Part shown: piece by piece, positions 9,584-18,915 of the stretch | Position numbering within the stretch: the stretch's first letter is position 1 | Layout of the letters: every line of letters begins with the position of its first letter | Origin: Horticoccus luteus | GTDB lineage: Bacteria > Verrucomicrobiota > Verrucomicrobiia > Opitutales > Opitutaceae | Length of the DNA stretch: 32,000 nt | Direction: 5' to 3' | NCBI RefSeq assembly: GCF_019464535.1 | Contig: NZ_CP080507.1 | Coordinates: 1,920,001 to 1,952,000 of the forward strand | Notes under the pieces: generated by a model | What the model was told of the DNA's origin: nothing | What the model saw: the letters and a program-made list of their open reading frames with translations, nothing else | The model's database searches: none | Made by a program: the position numbers and the translations under genes

Positions 9584-9736
9584 TCAGCGACCCATGCCGG
9601 GAATCTGGCCTTCCCAGTCGGCGGGACGGCTCCACGGAATGGAGGTATCTTTGGCGGTTTTCGTCGTGCAACCGGCGAGAAGGGAGCCGAGGCCGATCAA
9701 GACGAGAGCCAGGGCGGTGCGAGCGGTGATGTTCAT
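9584..9736 (-). CDS. Small (50 aa) putative lipoprotein, not in the supplied ORF track
   Basis: Hand translation: MNITARTALALVLIGLGSLLAGCTTKTAKDTSIPWSRPADWEGQIPGMGR*. Signal peptide plus lipobox L-A-G-C and GC-rich third positions. Starts 2 nt after the stop of the upstream coiled-coil gene and is followed by the terminator. Confidence 0.6.
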   Translation of the reverse strand: MNITARTALALVLIGLGSLLAGCTTKTAKDTSIPWSRPADWEGQIPGMGR

Positions 9737-9738
9737 GT

Positions 9739-10947
9739 TTAATTGGCTATTAGCGCGGTATCGCCTTTCTGCAAGGTTCCACGGAGCGAGTCGGGTTGGA
9801 CTTGGGCAATCGAAAAATGCTCCCGCACCTCACTGATTTGCACCTGAGCGAGGATTTCGGTGCCGCGACAAATGGTCAGCGTTTGGTTTTGATGGGCACC
9901 GTGCGCCGAACCGATGTTGAGGACGACGAACGCATTTTGCGGGCCGACGTTGACCACCGACGGCGAGCGCGGGGCGGACGTAAACGCGGCGGCGGCGCCG
10001 CCGGGCAGGAGCGTCCGGCCGCCCTGAATCTTTGCGAGCTGCTGCTCGAGTGCGGCGATCATTTCCTGATAATGGGTGATCGTGGCGGGCGGGATGACGG
10101 CAGCGCGGGCGGCCTCCAAATCACGGGTGAGCGTGGCGATTTGGGCGGTGGACGCGCGGGCCTGCTCGCTGGCGGTGGCGAGGGCGTGTTGCGCATCGTT
10201 GAGTTGCTGCGCGAGTGCGTCGCCCCGGGCAGTGGCGGCGGCGACGCGCGGGGAATTCTTTTCGTCTGCCGACGCGCTCAGTGGCGAGGGCGTTTGCGCG
10301 AGTTGGCGGCGCAGCGTAGCGATGGTTTCGGCCGCTGCAGCGAGTTGGATGGAGCGATCGTCGGCCGCTTGGGCGTTCGCGAGATCTTTCGTGAGAGAAT
10401 CGATTTGAGTGCGCAGGGCTTGCTCGGTGGCGTCGTGGCTAGCGAGGGCCTTTTGCCATGCGAGGCGTTCCTGCTCGATGGCGGGCGAAACGGGCGTGGA
10501 GGTGGCGCCCGCCGGCGCGGCGGCGCTGCGCGTGGCAAGTTCGCGCTGGAGGTCGGCGACCTTGGCTTCATAAGCGGCGATCTTGTCAGGCGGGAGCCAC
10601 GAGCCGCGCAAGGTGGCGAGTTCGCGTTTCGAAGCCTCGAGCTCGGCCGCGGGTTTCGCCTGGGCGGCGGCGAGGTCGCGGGCGAGCATGACGACTCGGC
10701 TTTCGGCGGCGGTGAGTTGGGTTTTCGTTTCGCCGAGTTCTGAGTCGAGCCCGAGGAGGCGCTGATGTTCGTCGGCCTGGCCTTGCCGGGCGGCGCGCAA
10801 ATTCGCTTCGAGTTGATCGAGTTGCCGACGCGCGTGGGCGAGTTGCGTCTGCCCCGTTTGGCGGGCTTGTTCGGCGCGCCAAAGGGTCACGCCCAAAAAG
10901 GCGGTCGCGATCGCGAGAGCGATCAGGGCGTAGGTCGACCATTTCAT
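9739..10947 (-). CDS. Membrane-anchored Ala/Gln/Leu-rich coiled-coil protein with a compact C-terminal beta-rich domain (function unknown)
   Basis: ORF 9739..11073 trimmed to ATG 10947 (MKWSTYALIALAIATAFLGVTLW = one N-terminal TM helix); the longer version would overlap pgi. About 300 aa of heptad-like A/Q/L/R/E sequence, then VVNVGPQNAFVVLNIGSAHG...LQKGDTALIAN. Confidence 0.75.
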   Translation of the reverse strand: MKWSTYALIALAIATAFLGVTLWRAEQARQTGQTQLAHARRQLDQLEANLRAARQGQADEHQRLLGLDSELGETKTQLTAAESRVVMLARDLAAAQAKPAAELEASKRELATLRGSWLPPDKIAAYEAKVADLQRELATRSAAAPAGATSTPVSPAIEQERLAWQKALASHDATEQALRTQIDSLTKDLANAQAADDRSIQLAAAAETIATLRRQLAQTPSPLSASADEKNSPRVAAATARGDALAQQLNDAQHALATASEQARASTAQIATLTRDLEAARAAVIPPATITHYQEMIAALEQQLAKIQGGRTLLPGGAAAAFTSAPRSPSVVNVGPQNAFVVLNIGSAHGAHQNQTLTICRGTEILAQVQISEVREHFSIAQVQPDSLRGTLQKGDTALIAN

Positions 10948-11030
10948 TGCCGGAGAGGGGCTCGCAGGAAATGCCCTGACCGGCGTCGCTTGGAAAGCGG
11001 AAACGGCGCCGGCGGATGAGCGGGACGCGT

Positions 11031-12623
11031 TTAAGCGGCGGCAGGATTGACGCGGTAGGTCGCCTCGAACCACCGGGCGCGGGCGCGCTTCTTCACTCCC
11101 GAGCCGCGGTTTGCAGCCAGGTGCTCAAGAATTTTGTATACAATCTCCGTTTGCTCGCCGGCGCCGATCGAGGTGGCGAGCGCTTCGGCGGTGAACGCCT
11201 GACCAGGCGCGGCGTGGAGGGCTGCGAGGATTTTTGCCTGCAACGCGATCACGCCACCGGCGGCTTTCTTGCCCGCTTCGACGCCAGGTTGGTGGTAGGC
11301 GTTGATGCCAATGAGGGACGCGTAGAGACCGACAACGCGTTCGTAGAGGGCGATCAACATGCCGAGCGTGCGCGGCGAGACATCGGGAATCGTGAGGGTG
11401 ATCGAATGCCGATCTTTTTCACTCAGAGCGTCGCGCGTGCCCAGGAGGAAGCCCTGCAAATAGTCTCCGCTGGTCACGCCGGGCTCGACGGCGAGGGAGG
11501 TTTTCGCGTCGCGGTCTTTCAACACTTCGATGAAGGTGACGAAGAAATTATTCACGCCTTCGCGCAGCTGCTGCACGTAGGCGTGCTGGTCGGTCGAGCC
11601 TTTGTTGCCGTAGACGGCGATGCCTTGATTGACGACGTTGCCGTGCAAATCCAGTTCCTTGCCGAGCGACTCCATCACGAGTTGCTGGAGATAGCGCGAG
11701 AAGAGCAGGAGGCGATCTTTGTAGGGAAGCACGACCATGTCTTTCTGGCCGCGGCCGCCGGTTTCGATAAACCACATCAACGCGAGCAAAGCGGCGGGAT
11801 TCTCAGCGGTGACCGCGGTGCGGGTGACAACATCCATGGCGGCGGCGCCGTCGAGCATCGCCTGAATGTCGATGCCTTGAAGAGCGGCGGGCAGCAGACC
11901 CACCGCGCTCAATTCGCTCGTGCGTCCCCCGACCCAGTCCCACATCGCGAAGCGCGCGAGCCAGTGCTCGTTTTGCGCCACCTGATCGAGTTTCGAGCCA
12001 GCGCCGGTGACGGCGACGAAGTGCTTGGTGTGGTCGATGCCCGCGGCTTGGAACGCCGCGGTGGCTTCGAGCATCCCGTTGCGCGTTTCCGCCGTGCCGC
12101 CGGATTTGGAGATGACGACGACAAGCGTTTTGCCCAACTGACCGCGCAATTCACCGAGCACGTAATCCATGCCATCGGGATCCGTGTTATCGAAGAAGTG
12201 GACGCCGAGCTTGTCCTTGCGCGGATGGCCGAGCGCGTGACTGACGAGTTGGGGGCCGAGCGCGGAGCCGCCAATCCCGATAACCAAGAGGTGTTTGAAT
12301 TTACCTTTGGAGCCCGAGATTTCGCCTGAATGGATTTTGCCCGCAAACGCCTTGATCGCGGCGAGCGTCGTCGTGATTTCCTCGGTGATGGCGGGAGTGG
12401 GCGCAAGTTGCGGCGCGCGGAGCCAGTAATGGCCGACCATGCGATGCTCGTCGGGATTGGCGATCGCGCCGTTCTCCAGCGCCGCCATGTCGGCGAGCGC
12501 TTGTTGCATGCGCGGCTCCATCGTCGCGAGGTAATCGTCCGGAAAGGGAACGCGGCTGATGTCGAGCGAAACACCGAGGTCGGCGTTGTGGTAGAGGTAG
12601 GTTTTAAAGCGAGTCCAGTTCAT
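11031..12623 (-). CDS. pgi: Glucose-6-phosphate isomerase
   Basis: ORF trimmed to ATG 12623 ([12 protein letters not shown]...). Contains [11 protein letters not shown] and [14 protein letters not shown] motifs of phosphoglucose isomerases. Confidence 0.93.
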   Translation of the reverse strand: MNWTRFKTYLYHNADLGVSLDISRVPFPDDYLATMEPRMQQALADMAALENGAIANPDEHRMVGHYWLRAPQLAPTPAITEEITTTLAAIKAFAGKIHSGEISGSKGKFKHLLVIGIGGSALGPQLVSHALGHPRKDKLGVHFFDNTDPDGMDYVLGELRGQLGKTLVVVISKSGGTAETRNGMLEATAAFQAAGIDHTKHFVAVTGAGSKLDQVAQNEHWLARFAMWDWVGGRTSELSAVGLLPAALQGIDIQAMLDGAAAMDVVTRTAVTAENPAALLALMWFIETGGRGQKDMVVLPYKDRLLLFSRYLQQLVMESLGKELDLHGNVVNQGIAVYGNKGSTDQHAYVQQLREGVNNFFVTFIEVLKDRDAKTSLAVEPGVTSGDYLQGFLLGTRDALSEKDRHSITLTIPDVSPRTLGMLIALYERVVGLYASLIGINAYHQPGVEAGKKAAGGVIALQAKILAALHAAPGQAFTAEALATSIGAGEQTEIVYKILEHLAANRGSGVKKRARARWFEATYRVNPAAA

Positions 12624-12682
12624 GAGAGGGAGGAGATAAATTGTGACCACGGATTGCGCAGGTCAGCACGGTTAATTTCCGG

Positions 12683-12704
12683 AAAAACGGCGGGCGCGGC
12701 GCCG
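12683..12704 (-). terminator. Possible short intrinsic terminator after the comM-like gene
   Basis: Minus strand: CGGCG (12704-12700), 7-nt loop, CGCCG (12692-12688), then TTTTT (12687-12683). The stem is only 5 bp, so this is weak. Confidence 0.3.
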
Positions 12705-12725
12705 GTGCCGGGGTGGAGGTCCGGC

Positions 12726-14264
12726 TCAGTAGAACAGCGTGCGGTCGAGGCTGCGGTATTGGATAGCTTCGAGGAGGTGCGGGGCCTGGATTTCCGGAGA
12801 ATCGGCGAGGTCGGCGATGGTGCGCGCGACTTTGCGGATGCGATCGTAGGCGCGAGCGGAGAGGTTGAGTTGCTCCATGGCTTGCTGAAGAAGGTCGCCC
12901 ACCTCAGGTCGCAGCGCGCAGTGATGGCGGATTTGCGCCTGAGTCATGCGCGCGTTGGCGGTGGTGCGCGTGCCGGTGAAACGACGCTGTTGCACAGTCC
13001 GGGCGGTTTCGATGCGCGTGCGCATCGCGGCGGACGTTTCGCCGGGCCGATCGGAGCGGAGTTCGGCGAGGGAGAGCGCGGGCGCTTCGATGTGGATGTC
13101 GATCCGGTCGAGCAAGGGTCCGCTGATGCGCGCTCGGTAACGTTGGATCTGGGTGGGCGAGCAGCGGCACTCGTGCTTGCTGTCGCCGAGGTAGCCGCAG
13201 GGGCACGGGTTCATCGCGGCGACGAGCATAAAGGCGCAGGGGAGCGTGACTTTGCCGGCACTGCGAGAAATCGTCACTTCGCCGTCCTCAAGGGGCTGGC
13301 GGAGCACTTCGAGCGCCGAGCGTTTGAATTCCGGCAATTCGTCGAGAAACAGCACCCCGTTGTGCGCGAGAGAGATTTCGCCCGGGCCAGGCAGCGTGCC
13401 GCCGCCGAGGAGACCGACGTCGGAGATCGTGTGATGCGGACCGCGGAAGGGACGGGCGCCCCAATTCATTTCGCCGCGAATCGTGCGGCCGGCGGCCGAA
13501 TGGACGCTGAGCACTTCGAGGTATTCCTCGAGACTCGGGGCCGGCATGATCGTCGGAATGCGTTTCGCGATCATGGATTTGCCGGAGCCGGGTGGCCCGA
13601 TCATGATGAGATTATGATTTCCGGCGACGGAGACCTCGACGGCGCGACGGAGCGCGTGCTGGCCTTTGATCTCGGAAAAATCCACCGACGCCTCGGCCGC
13701 AGCCGTGAGGGCCTGCGGACCTTGCGGCACGGACGCGACGGGCAGTAGAGGGCGTTCACCGCTCAGGAAACGATACGCTTCGTCGAGGGAATCGACGCGA
13801 TAAACGGGGATTTCGACAAGCGCAGCTTCCTCGGCGGAAACACCGGGCAGGAGCACGCCCTTTTTGCCGAGGCGGCGGGCGAGACGCGCCATGGCGAGCG
13901 CGCCGCGAACGGGGCGGGTGGCGCCGGACAGGCCGAGTTCGCCGGCGATGAGGTAGTCCTCGAGGTTGTCCGCCTTGAGTTGATCGGTGGCGATGAGGAG
14001 TCCGATCGCGATGGGCAGGTCGTAAAACGGGCCTTCCTTGCGCATGCCGCCGGGCGCGAGGTTGATGGTCGTGCGCGTGCGCGGCATGCGAAAGCCGCTG
14101 TTGCTCATCGCGGACGACACGCGGTCCTCCGATTCCTTCACGCTGGTGTCTGGCAGCCCCACCATAATGACGTGAGGTTCACCGGCTTCGCCGGCATTGA
14201 CTTCGACGTGGACCAACTCGGCATCAATACCTTGCAGGGCAGCGGAGGCGAGGGTGGCGAGCAT
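12726..14264 (-). CDS. comM: Mg-chelatase-like AAA+ protein, ComM/YifB family
   Basis: [22 protein letters not shown]...[16 protein letters not shown]-terminal domain, Walker [10 protein letters not shown], and C-terminal Mg-chelatase subunit ChlI-like region. 512 aa. Confidence 0.9.
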   Translation of the reverse strand: MLATLASAALQGIDAELVHVEVNAGEAGEPHVIMVGLPDTSVKESEDRVSSAMSNSGFRMPRTRTTINLAPGGMRKEGPFYDLPIAIGLLIATDQLKADNLEDYLIAGELGLSGATRPVRGALAMARLARRLGKKGVLLPGVSAEEAALVEIPVYRVDSLDEAYRFLSGERPLLPVASVPQGPQALTAAAEASVDFSEIKGQHALRRAVEVSVAGNHNLIMIGPPGSGKSMIAKRIPTIMPAPSLEEYLEVLSVHSAAGRTIRGEMNWGARPFRGPHHTISDVGLLGGGTLPGPGEISLAHNGVLFLDELPEFKRSALEVLRQPLEDGEVTISRSAGKVTLPCAFMLVAAMNPCPCGYLGDSKHECRCSPTQIQRYRARISGPLLDRIDIHIEAPALSLAELRSDRPGETSAAMRTRIETARTVQQRRFTGTRTTANARMTQAQIRHHCALRPEVGDLLQQAMEQLNLSARAYDRIRKVARTIADLADSPEIQAPHLLEAIQYRSLDRTLFY

Positions 14265-14373
14265 CGGGTAGGCTGGAGCGGAGAGGGGTGAAAACCGCGG
14301 GGTCGGGCGAGCGCACCAGCAGATGCGTCAAGCGGTGGCGATTAAGGGTTTGCGCCAAGGACGGGCAAGCCCA

Positions 14374-14389
14374 ATTTCCCGCGGGAAAT
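14374..14389. promoter_or_regulatory. Perfect 16-bp palindrome ATTTCCCGCGGGAAAT ending 8 nt upstream of the coaE start codon
   Basis: Read directly: 14374-14381 ATTTCCCG is the reverse complement of 14382-14389 CGGGAAAT. It lies in the comM/coaE divergent intergenic region. Function unknown (operator or leader hairpin). Confidence 0.3.
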
Positions 14390-14397
14390 CGACTGGA

Positions 14398-14982
14398 ATG
14401 ATTCTTGGTATAACAGGCGGAATGGGGTGCGGGAAATCGACGGTGGCGCGGCTGTGCGAACAGCGCGGGTTGCGCCGGCTCGATTCCGATGCGCTCATTC
14501 GCGAGCGAGTGTTGACCGACCCAGCGATGCGCGAGGCGTTGCGCGCGGAATGGGGCGCGGACGTGGCTCCGGTGGACGCGCCGGTCAATCGCGCCCGGCT
14601 GGCGGCGCGGGTGTTCGACGACGAAATGGCGCTCGCCACGCTCGAAAGACTGACGCATCCGCCGCTCTTTGCGTTGTGGCGCGCGGCGTTGCGCGATGCG
14701 CCGACGGTTGACTGGGCGATCGAGGTGCCGCTGCTTTTCGAGAAAGGGTTGGAGAATTGGTTTGATTTCACAGTATGCGTCGCCTCTTCTCCGGCCCAGC
14801 AACTCGCCCGGCTAGAGCAACGCGGCCTTTCGCGCGCGCTCGCTGAGCAAAGAATCTCCAAGCAATTGTCCTTGGCCCGTAAAATCGAGCTCTCCGACCA
14901 CGTCGTGTGGAACGATGGATCCCTGGCTTTCCTCGAAAGCCAGGTGGATCACCTGCTCGCGGCATTACGCACGCTGCGCTGA
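14398..14982 (+). CDS. coaE: Dephospho-CoA kinase
   Basis: ORF 14323..14982 trimmed to ATG 14398, giving MILGITGGMGCGKSTV (N-terminal P-loop typical of CoaE). 194 aa. Confidence 0.9.
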   Translation: MILGITGGMGCGKSTVARLCEQRGLRRLDSDALIRERVLTDPAMREALRAEWGADVAPVDAPVNRARLAARVFDDEMALATLERLTHPPLFALWRAALRDAPTVDWAIEVPLLFEKGLENWFDFTVCVASSPAQQLARLEQRGLSRALAEQRISKQLSLARKIELSDHVVWNDGSLAFLESQVDHLLAALRTLR

Positions 14983-15020
14983 GAAGCGCCGCCGGGCCGA
15001 GCGCGTCCCCTTTTCTATCA

Positions 15021-17072
15021 ATGGAACTCTCCCCGAAAAACGACGACTTTTCGTCCGCCGGCGCCGGCGCATCCGAAGACGGTGCCCCGAAGAAGACAAC
15101 GCCGCGCAAACGCGCTCCCCGTGGTCCGGTGCGCACGAAAAAGCCGAAGACCGCCGTGGCCGATGAAGCGCCCCGCGCGGAGCCGGCGCCGACGCCGCCG
15201 GCGAAGGCGCAGCCCGCTAAGGAACGGCAGACGATCCGGCAACGGCAACGCGAGCGCGAGCCGGAGTTGCCCTTCACCGCGGAGCCTGAGGCGCGTCGGG
15301 AAGAGCCGCGAGGAGAAGCGCCGCAACGCACTGAATCACCTCAACAATCCGCGCCGGCGGCCGAGCCACCGCGGATGGAGGCGGCGCCATCTGAGTCCCG
15401 ACCTGAGGACGCGCCTCGGAGAGACGAATCAGCCGGCGGCAACGGTCCGGGATCGGACACCAACCGCGGCAACGGCGGCGGCGCGCCGGCGGGTGAGAGC
15501 GGCGCGGGACATTCGCAACATGGCGACCGTGGCCAACCAGGGGGCGACAACTACGGCGGCGGCGAACAGGGCGGCGGCTATTGGAAGCAGCGTCGGCGCG
15601 ACAAACGTAAACGCGGACGGCACGGCGGTCAGCCATGGCAGCCTGGTCCGGGCGGGGGTGGCGGCGGCGGCGGGCAGCATTTTCAACCGAAGCCACCGCA
15701 ACCGCCGCCGCCGAATTTCGCGCCGACGTTCGGCGATTTGCCTGATCCGGCGGGATTCAACGATCTCGCGGCTCTGGATCGTCGCGCGGACGAAATCGCG
15801 ACCGGCGGTTCACCGATTTTCATCGATGAGCTTTACGCGTTGAACCACGCCGATCTGACGGCGTTGGCGCGGGCGAATGGCGTGCACTTTGACGGCGTGC
15901 CCACGCGTCTGCAGATGTTGGAAGGCGTTTTCAAAATGGCGGCCGAACAGAAGCGCGAACTGCGCGATCGCGGCTGGCTGGACCTCACCGATCGCGGCTA
16001 CGGGTTCATCGTGCACAAGAGCGTGAACTACCGGCTTTATCCGGAGAACACGTATGTGCCGGAGAGCCTCGTGCATCGCTACGGGTTGAAGCGCGGACAT
16101 GAAATCGAAGTGCGCGTGCAAGCGCCCCACGGTGATGAGCGCTGCCCGTCCGCCGTGCGGATCGAGAGCGTGATGGGCGCGGCGCCCGAGCAAATCGCGA
16201 GCCTCACGCCGTTCGAGGAACTGATTCCTTATTATCCCCTCAAGCGCATCCTGCTCGAAGCGCCGGAGGTGCAGAAGGACGTGTCGATGCGAGCGGTGGA
16301 CATACTGACGCCGATCGGCTTCGGGCAACGCGGTCTGATCGTCGCACCGCCGCGCACCGGCAAAACGGTGTTGCTGCAAAACATCGCCAACTCGGTGTCC
16401 GAGAATTTTCCCGAGGCGAAACTGATCCTGCTGTTGATCGACGAGCGGCCGGAGGAAGTCACGGATTTCAAGCGGCACACGAAGGGCGAAGTCGTATCGT
16501 CGACCTTCGATGAGTCGCCGGAGAGCCACGTGCACGCGGCTGAAATGGTGGGCGAAAAGGCGCGGCGACTGGTGGAGCAGGGCGAACACGTGGTGATCCT
16601 GCTCGACTCGATCACGCGTCTCGCGCGCGCCTACAACGCGCTGACCGGCAACCAGGGCAAGACGATGTCGGGCGGTCTCGAATCGAACGCGTTGCAGAAG
16701 CCCAAACGTTTCTTCGGCGCGGCGCGCAACATCGAGGGCGCGGGCAGCCTCACCATCATCGGCACCGCGCTGATCGATACGGGCAGCCGCATGGATGAAA
16801 TCATCTTCGAAGAATTCAAGGGCACCGGTAACAGCGAGCTGCATCTCGACCGGGGTTTGGTCGAGCGCCGGATTTTCCCGGCGATCAACATCGACCGGTC
16901 GGGCACGCGCAAAGAAGAGCTCATTTACCATCCCGACGAGTTGCAGCGCATCCACGGTCTGCGGCGCGCGATGCAGGGTCTCGGGCCGATCGAGTCGATG
17001 GAGATGCTGATCACGCGGCTCAAGAAGACGAACAGCAACGCGGAGTTCCTCCTCGCGCTCGGGAAGCAATAA
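15021..17072 (+). CDS. rho: Transcription termination factor Rho with long low-complexity N-terminal extension
   Basis: ORF 14907.. trimmed to ATG 15021 to avoid overlap with coaE. The C-terminal ~420 aa align along the whole E. coli Rho from memory: helix bundle IFIDELYALNHADLTALARANG, RNP1-like GYGFIV, Walker A APPRTGKT, LLIDERPEEV, Q-loop and R-loop regions, SGTRKEEL. Confidence 0.93.
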   Translation: MELSPKNDDFSSAGAGASEDGAPKKTTPRKRAPRGPVRTKKPKTAVADEAPRAEPAPTPPAKAQPAKERQTIRQRQREREPELPFTAEPEARREEPRGEAPQRTESPQQSAPAAEPPRMEAAPSESRPEDAPRRDESAGGNGPGSDTNRGNGGGAPAGESGAGHSQHGDRGQPGGDNYGGGEQGGGYWKQRRRDKRKRGRHGGQPWQPGPGGGGGGGGQHFQPKPPQPPPPNFAPTFGDLPDPAGFNDLAALDRRADEIATGGSPIFIDELYALNHADLTALARANGVHFDGVPTRLQMLEGVFKMAAEQKRELRDRGWLDLTDRGYGFIVHKSVNYRLYPENTYVPESLVHRYGLKRGHEIEVRVQAPHGDERCPSAVRIESVMGAAPEQIASLTPFEELIPYYPLKRILLEAPEVQKDVSMRAVDILTPIGFGQRGLIVAPPRTGKTVLLQNIANSVSENFPEAKLILLLIDERPEEVTDFKRHTKGEVVSSTFDESPESHVHAAEMVGEKARRLVEQGEHVVILLDSITRLARAYNALTGNQGKTMSGGLESNALQKPKRFFGAARNIEGAGSLTIIGTALIDTGSRMDEIIFEEFKGTGNSELHLDRGLVERRIFPAINIDRSGTRKEELIYHPDELQRIHGLRRAMQGLGPIESMEMLITRLKKTNSNAEFLLALGKQ

Positions 17073-17085
17073 GCCCGCGTTTCCC

Positions 17086-18816
17086 GTGCGCTCGGCCGAC
17101 GACCACATCCTGGAATTGGCGGTGGCCCGGGGCTGGGTGGCGCGGGAAGCGGTGGAGGCGGCGCGGGCCGCGCTGGAGAGCACTGAGGAAGGCGCGGTCG
17201 CGGGCGGCACGCAGGTGTTGCGTGCGCTCGACGACAGCGGGGCTTTGCCGACGAAGACACTCACGCAATCGCTCGCGGATGCGTTCGGTCTGCCGGTGGT
17301 CGAGTTGGCGGCCCTGCGGGTGCCACGGGAGTTGCTGACCCTCGTTCCGCGCAGTCTGGCCACGAAACACCAGGTGCTCCCTGTGGCGCGGGAAAGCGGG
17401 GTGTTGCGCGTCGCCATCGGCGATCCGATCAACACCGATGCGGTCGACGACCTGGCGCACGTGCTGGGCCTGCCGGTTGAGGCGATGCTCGCGCCGGCGA
17501 GGGAAATCGAACAGGAGATCGATCGCTACTACGGGAAGGATTTCGGTTCGGTCGAAACGCTCGCGGATGAAGTGACGCCCGCGTTGCCCGGTGCACCGGA
17601 CGCCGATTTGCACACGGCGACGGCCGCCGGCGAAGCTGACGAGAGCGATGCGCCGATCATCAAACTCGTTCACGCGTTGATCATCGAAGGAATTCGCCGG
17701 CGGGCGTCTGACATCCATCTCGAACCACTCGAGAAACGGTTGCGGGTGCGGTATCGCATCGACGGCGTGCTGCTCGAAGCGGAGAACCCGCCGAAGCGTC
17801 TGCAGTTGTCGATCATGTCGCGCCTGAAATTGATGGCCAACATCAGCATCGCGGAGAAACGCGTTCCGCAGGACGGGCGCATTCAGGTGAACGTCGCGGG
17901 CAAGGCACTGGATTTGCGCGTGTCGTCACTGCCGACCGTGCACGGGGAGAGCATCGTGATGCGCATCCTCGACAAGGAAGGATTGCAGTTGGGTTTGCCG
18001 GAGCTGGGTTTCCTCAGCGACGACCAAAAGACATTTGAGCGACTGATCGCCCTGGCGGACGGCATTGTGCTGGTCACGGGGCCGACAGGTTCGGGCAAGA
18101 CGACGACGCTCTACAGTTGCCTCCACCACCTGAACCGGTCCGATCGCAAAATCATCACCGTCGAGGATCCGGTGGAATACCAACTCACGGGCGTCAACCA
18201 AGTGCCCGTGCGTCACGAGGTCGGCATGACCTTTGCGTCGGCATTGCGCGCGATGCTCCGGCAGGCACCGAACATCGTCATGGTGGGTGAAATTCGCGAT
18301 CTGGAAACGGCCGAGATCGCGATCAATGCCTCGCTCACGGGACACATGGTGTTTTCGACGCTGCACACAAACGACGCGCCGAGCGCCGTGACGCGGTTGA
18401 TCGACATCGGCGTGAAACCGTTTCTGGTGGCGACGTCCTTGCGCGCGGTTCTCGCCCAGCGGCTGGTGCGCCGTGTGTGCGCGCGGTGTGCACGTCCGCA
18501 CGAACCGACGCCGCAGGAGTTGCGGGCGCTCAACATTCGCCCGGCCGACGTGTCCGGCGCGCACTTTCTCCGCGGCAACGGCTGCGCGGAATGCAACGGG
18601 ACGGGTTACCGCGGCCGCCTCGGGATTTACGAGATCTTCATCATCACCGACGACATCCAGCATTTGATTTACGAAGGCGTGGGCGCCACGCGCTTACGGG
18701 AAAAGGCGCGGGCGCTGGGCATGCGCACGATGCGCGAAGATGGCGTCCGCAAGATCATCGCTGGTTTGACCACGGTCGAGGAAGTCGTCTCCATCACGGT
18801 CGGCGACGCGTCGTAG
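17086..18816 (+). CDS. pilB: PilB/GspE-family type IV pilus / type II secretion assembly ATPase (copy 1)
   Basis: GTG start (the only start in the ORF). T2SSE_N-like N-terminus, Walker [14 protein letters not shown], Asp box ITVEDPVEY, Walker B IVMVGEIRD, His box GHMVFSTLHTND. Tetracysteine motif CARC...CAEC. Confidence 0.9.
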   Translation: MRSADDHILELAVARGWVAREAVEAARAALESTEEGAVAGGTQVLRALDDSGALPTKTLTQSLADAFGLPVVELAALRVPRELLTLVPRSLATKHQVLPVARESGVLRVAIGDPINTDAVDDLAHVLGLPVEAMLAPAREIEQEIDRYYGKDFGSVETLADEVTPALPGAPDADLHTATAAGEADESDAPIIKLVHALIIEGIRRRASDIHLEPLEKRLRVRYRIDGVLLEAENPPKRLQLSIMSRLKLMANISIAEKRVPQDGRIQVNVAGKALDLRVSSLPTVHGESIVMRILDKEGLQLGLPELGFLSDDQKTFERLIALADGIVLVTGPTGSGKTTTLYSCLHHLNRSDRKIITVEDPVEYQLTGVNQVPVRHEVGMTFASALRAMLRQAPNIVMVGEIRDLETAEIAINASLTGHMVFSTLHTNDAPSAVTRLIDIGVKPFLVATSLRAVLAQRLVRRVCARCARPHEPTPQELRALNIRPADVSGAHFLRGNGCAECNGTGYRGRLGIYEIFIITDDIQHLIYEGVGATRLREKARALGMRTMREDGVRKIIAGLTTVEEVVSITVGDAS

Positions 18817-18915
18817 CGCCGCATCCTGTGTCCGCTTCCGCTTTCGTTTCCACCCGCTGAGCTTCTTCCTGGCCGCACTTCTGCGCGGCTGCAACCGCAC
18901 CAACTCTTCCGCCGC

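Noticed and set aside
12628-12675. Strong GGAGGAG Shine-Dalgarno-like sequence on the plus strand followed 7 nt later by GTG and a 10-codon ORF, antisense to the pgi leader.
   Set aside because: The ORF is only 10 codons. The purine run is simply the complement of the pyrimidine-rich pgi 5' leader (CUCCUCCCUCUC-AUG). Nothing else supports a plus-strand transcript here.
14907-15020. Longer N-terminal versions of several ORFs from the track: rho from 14907, hom from 3475, the coiled-coil gene from 11073, pilC from 21638, coaE from 14323, the phosphoesterase from 25394, and dgt from 266.
   Set aside because: Each extension overlaps the preceding gene or the divergent gene's start and adds Arg-rich, non-homologous sequence. 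The internal ATG reproduces the family-typical N-terminus in every case.
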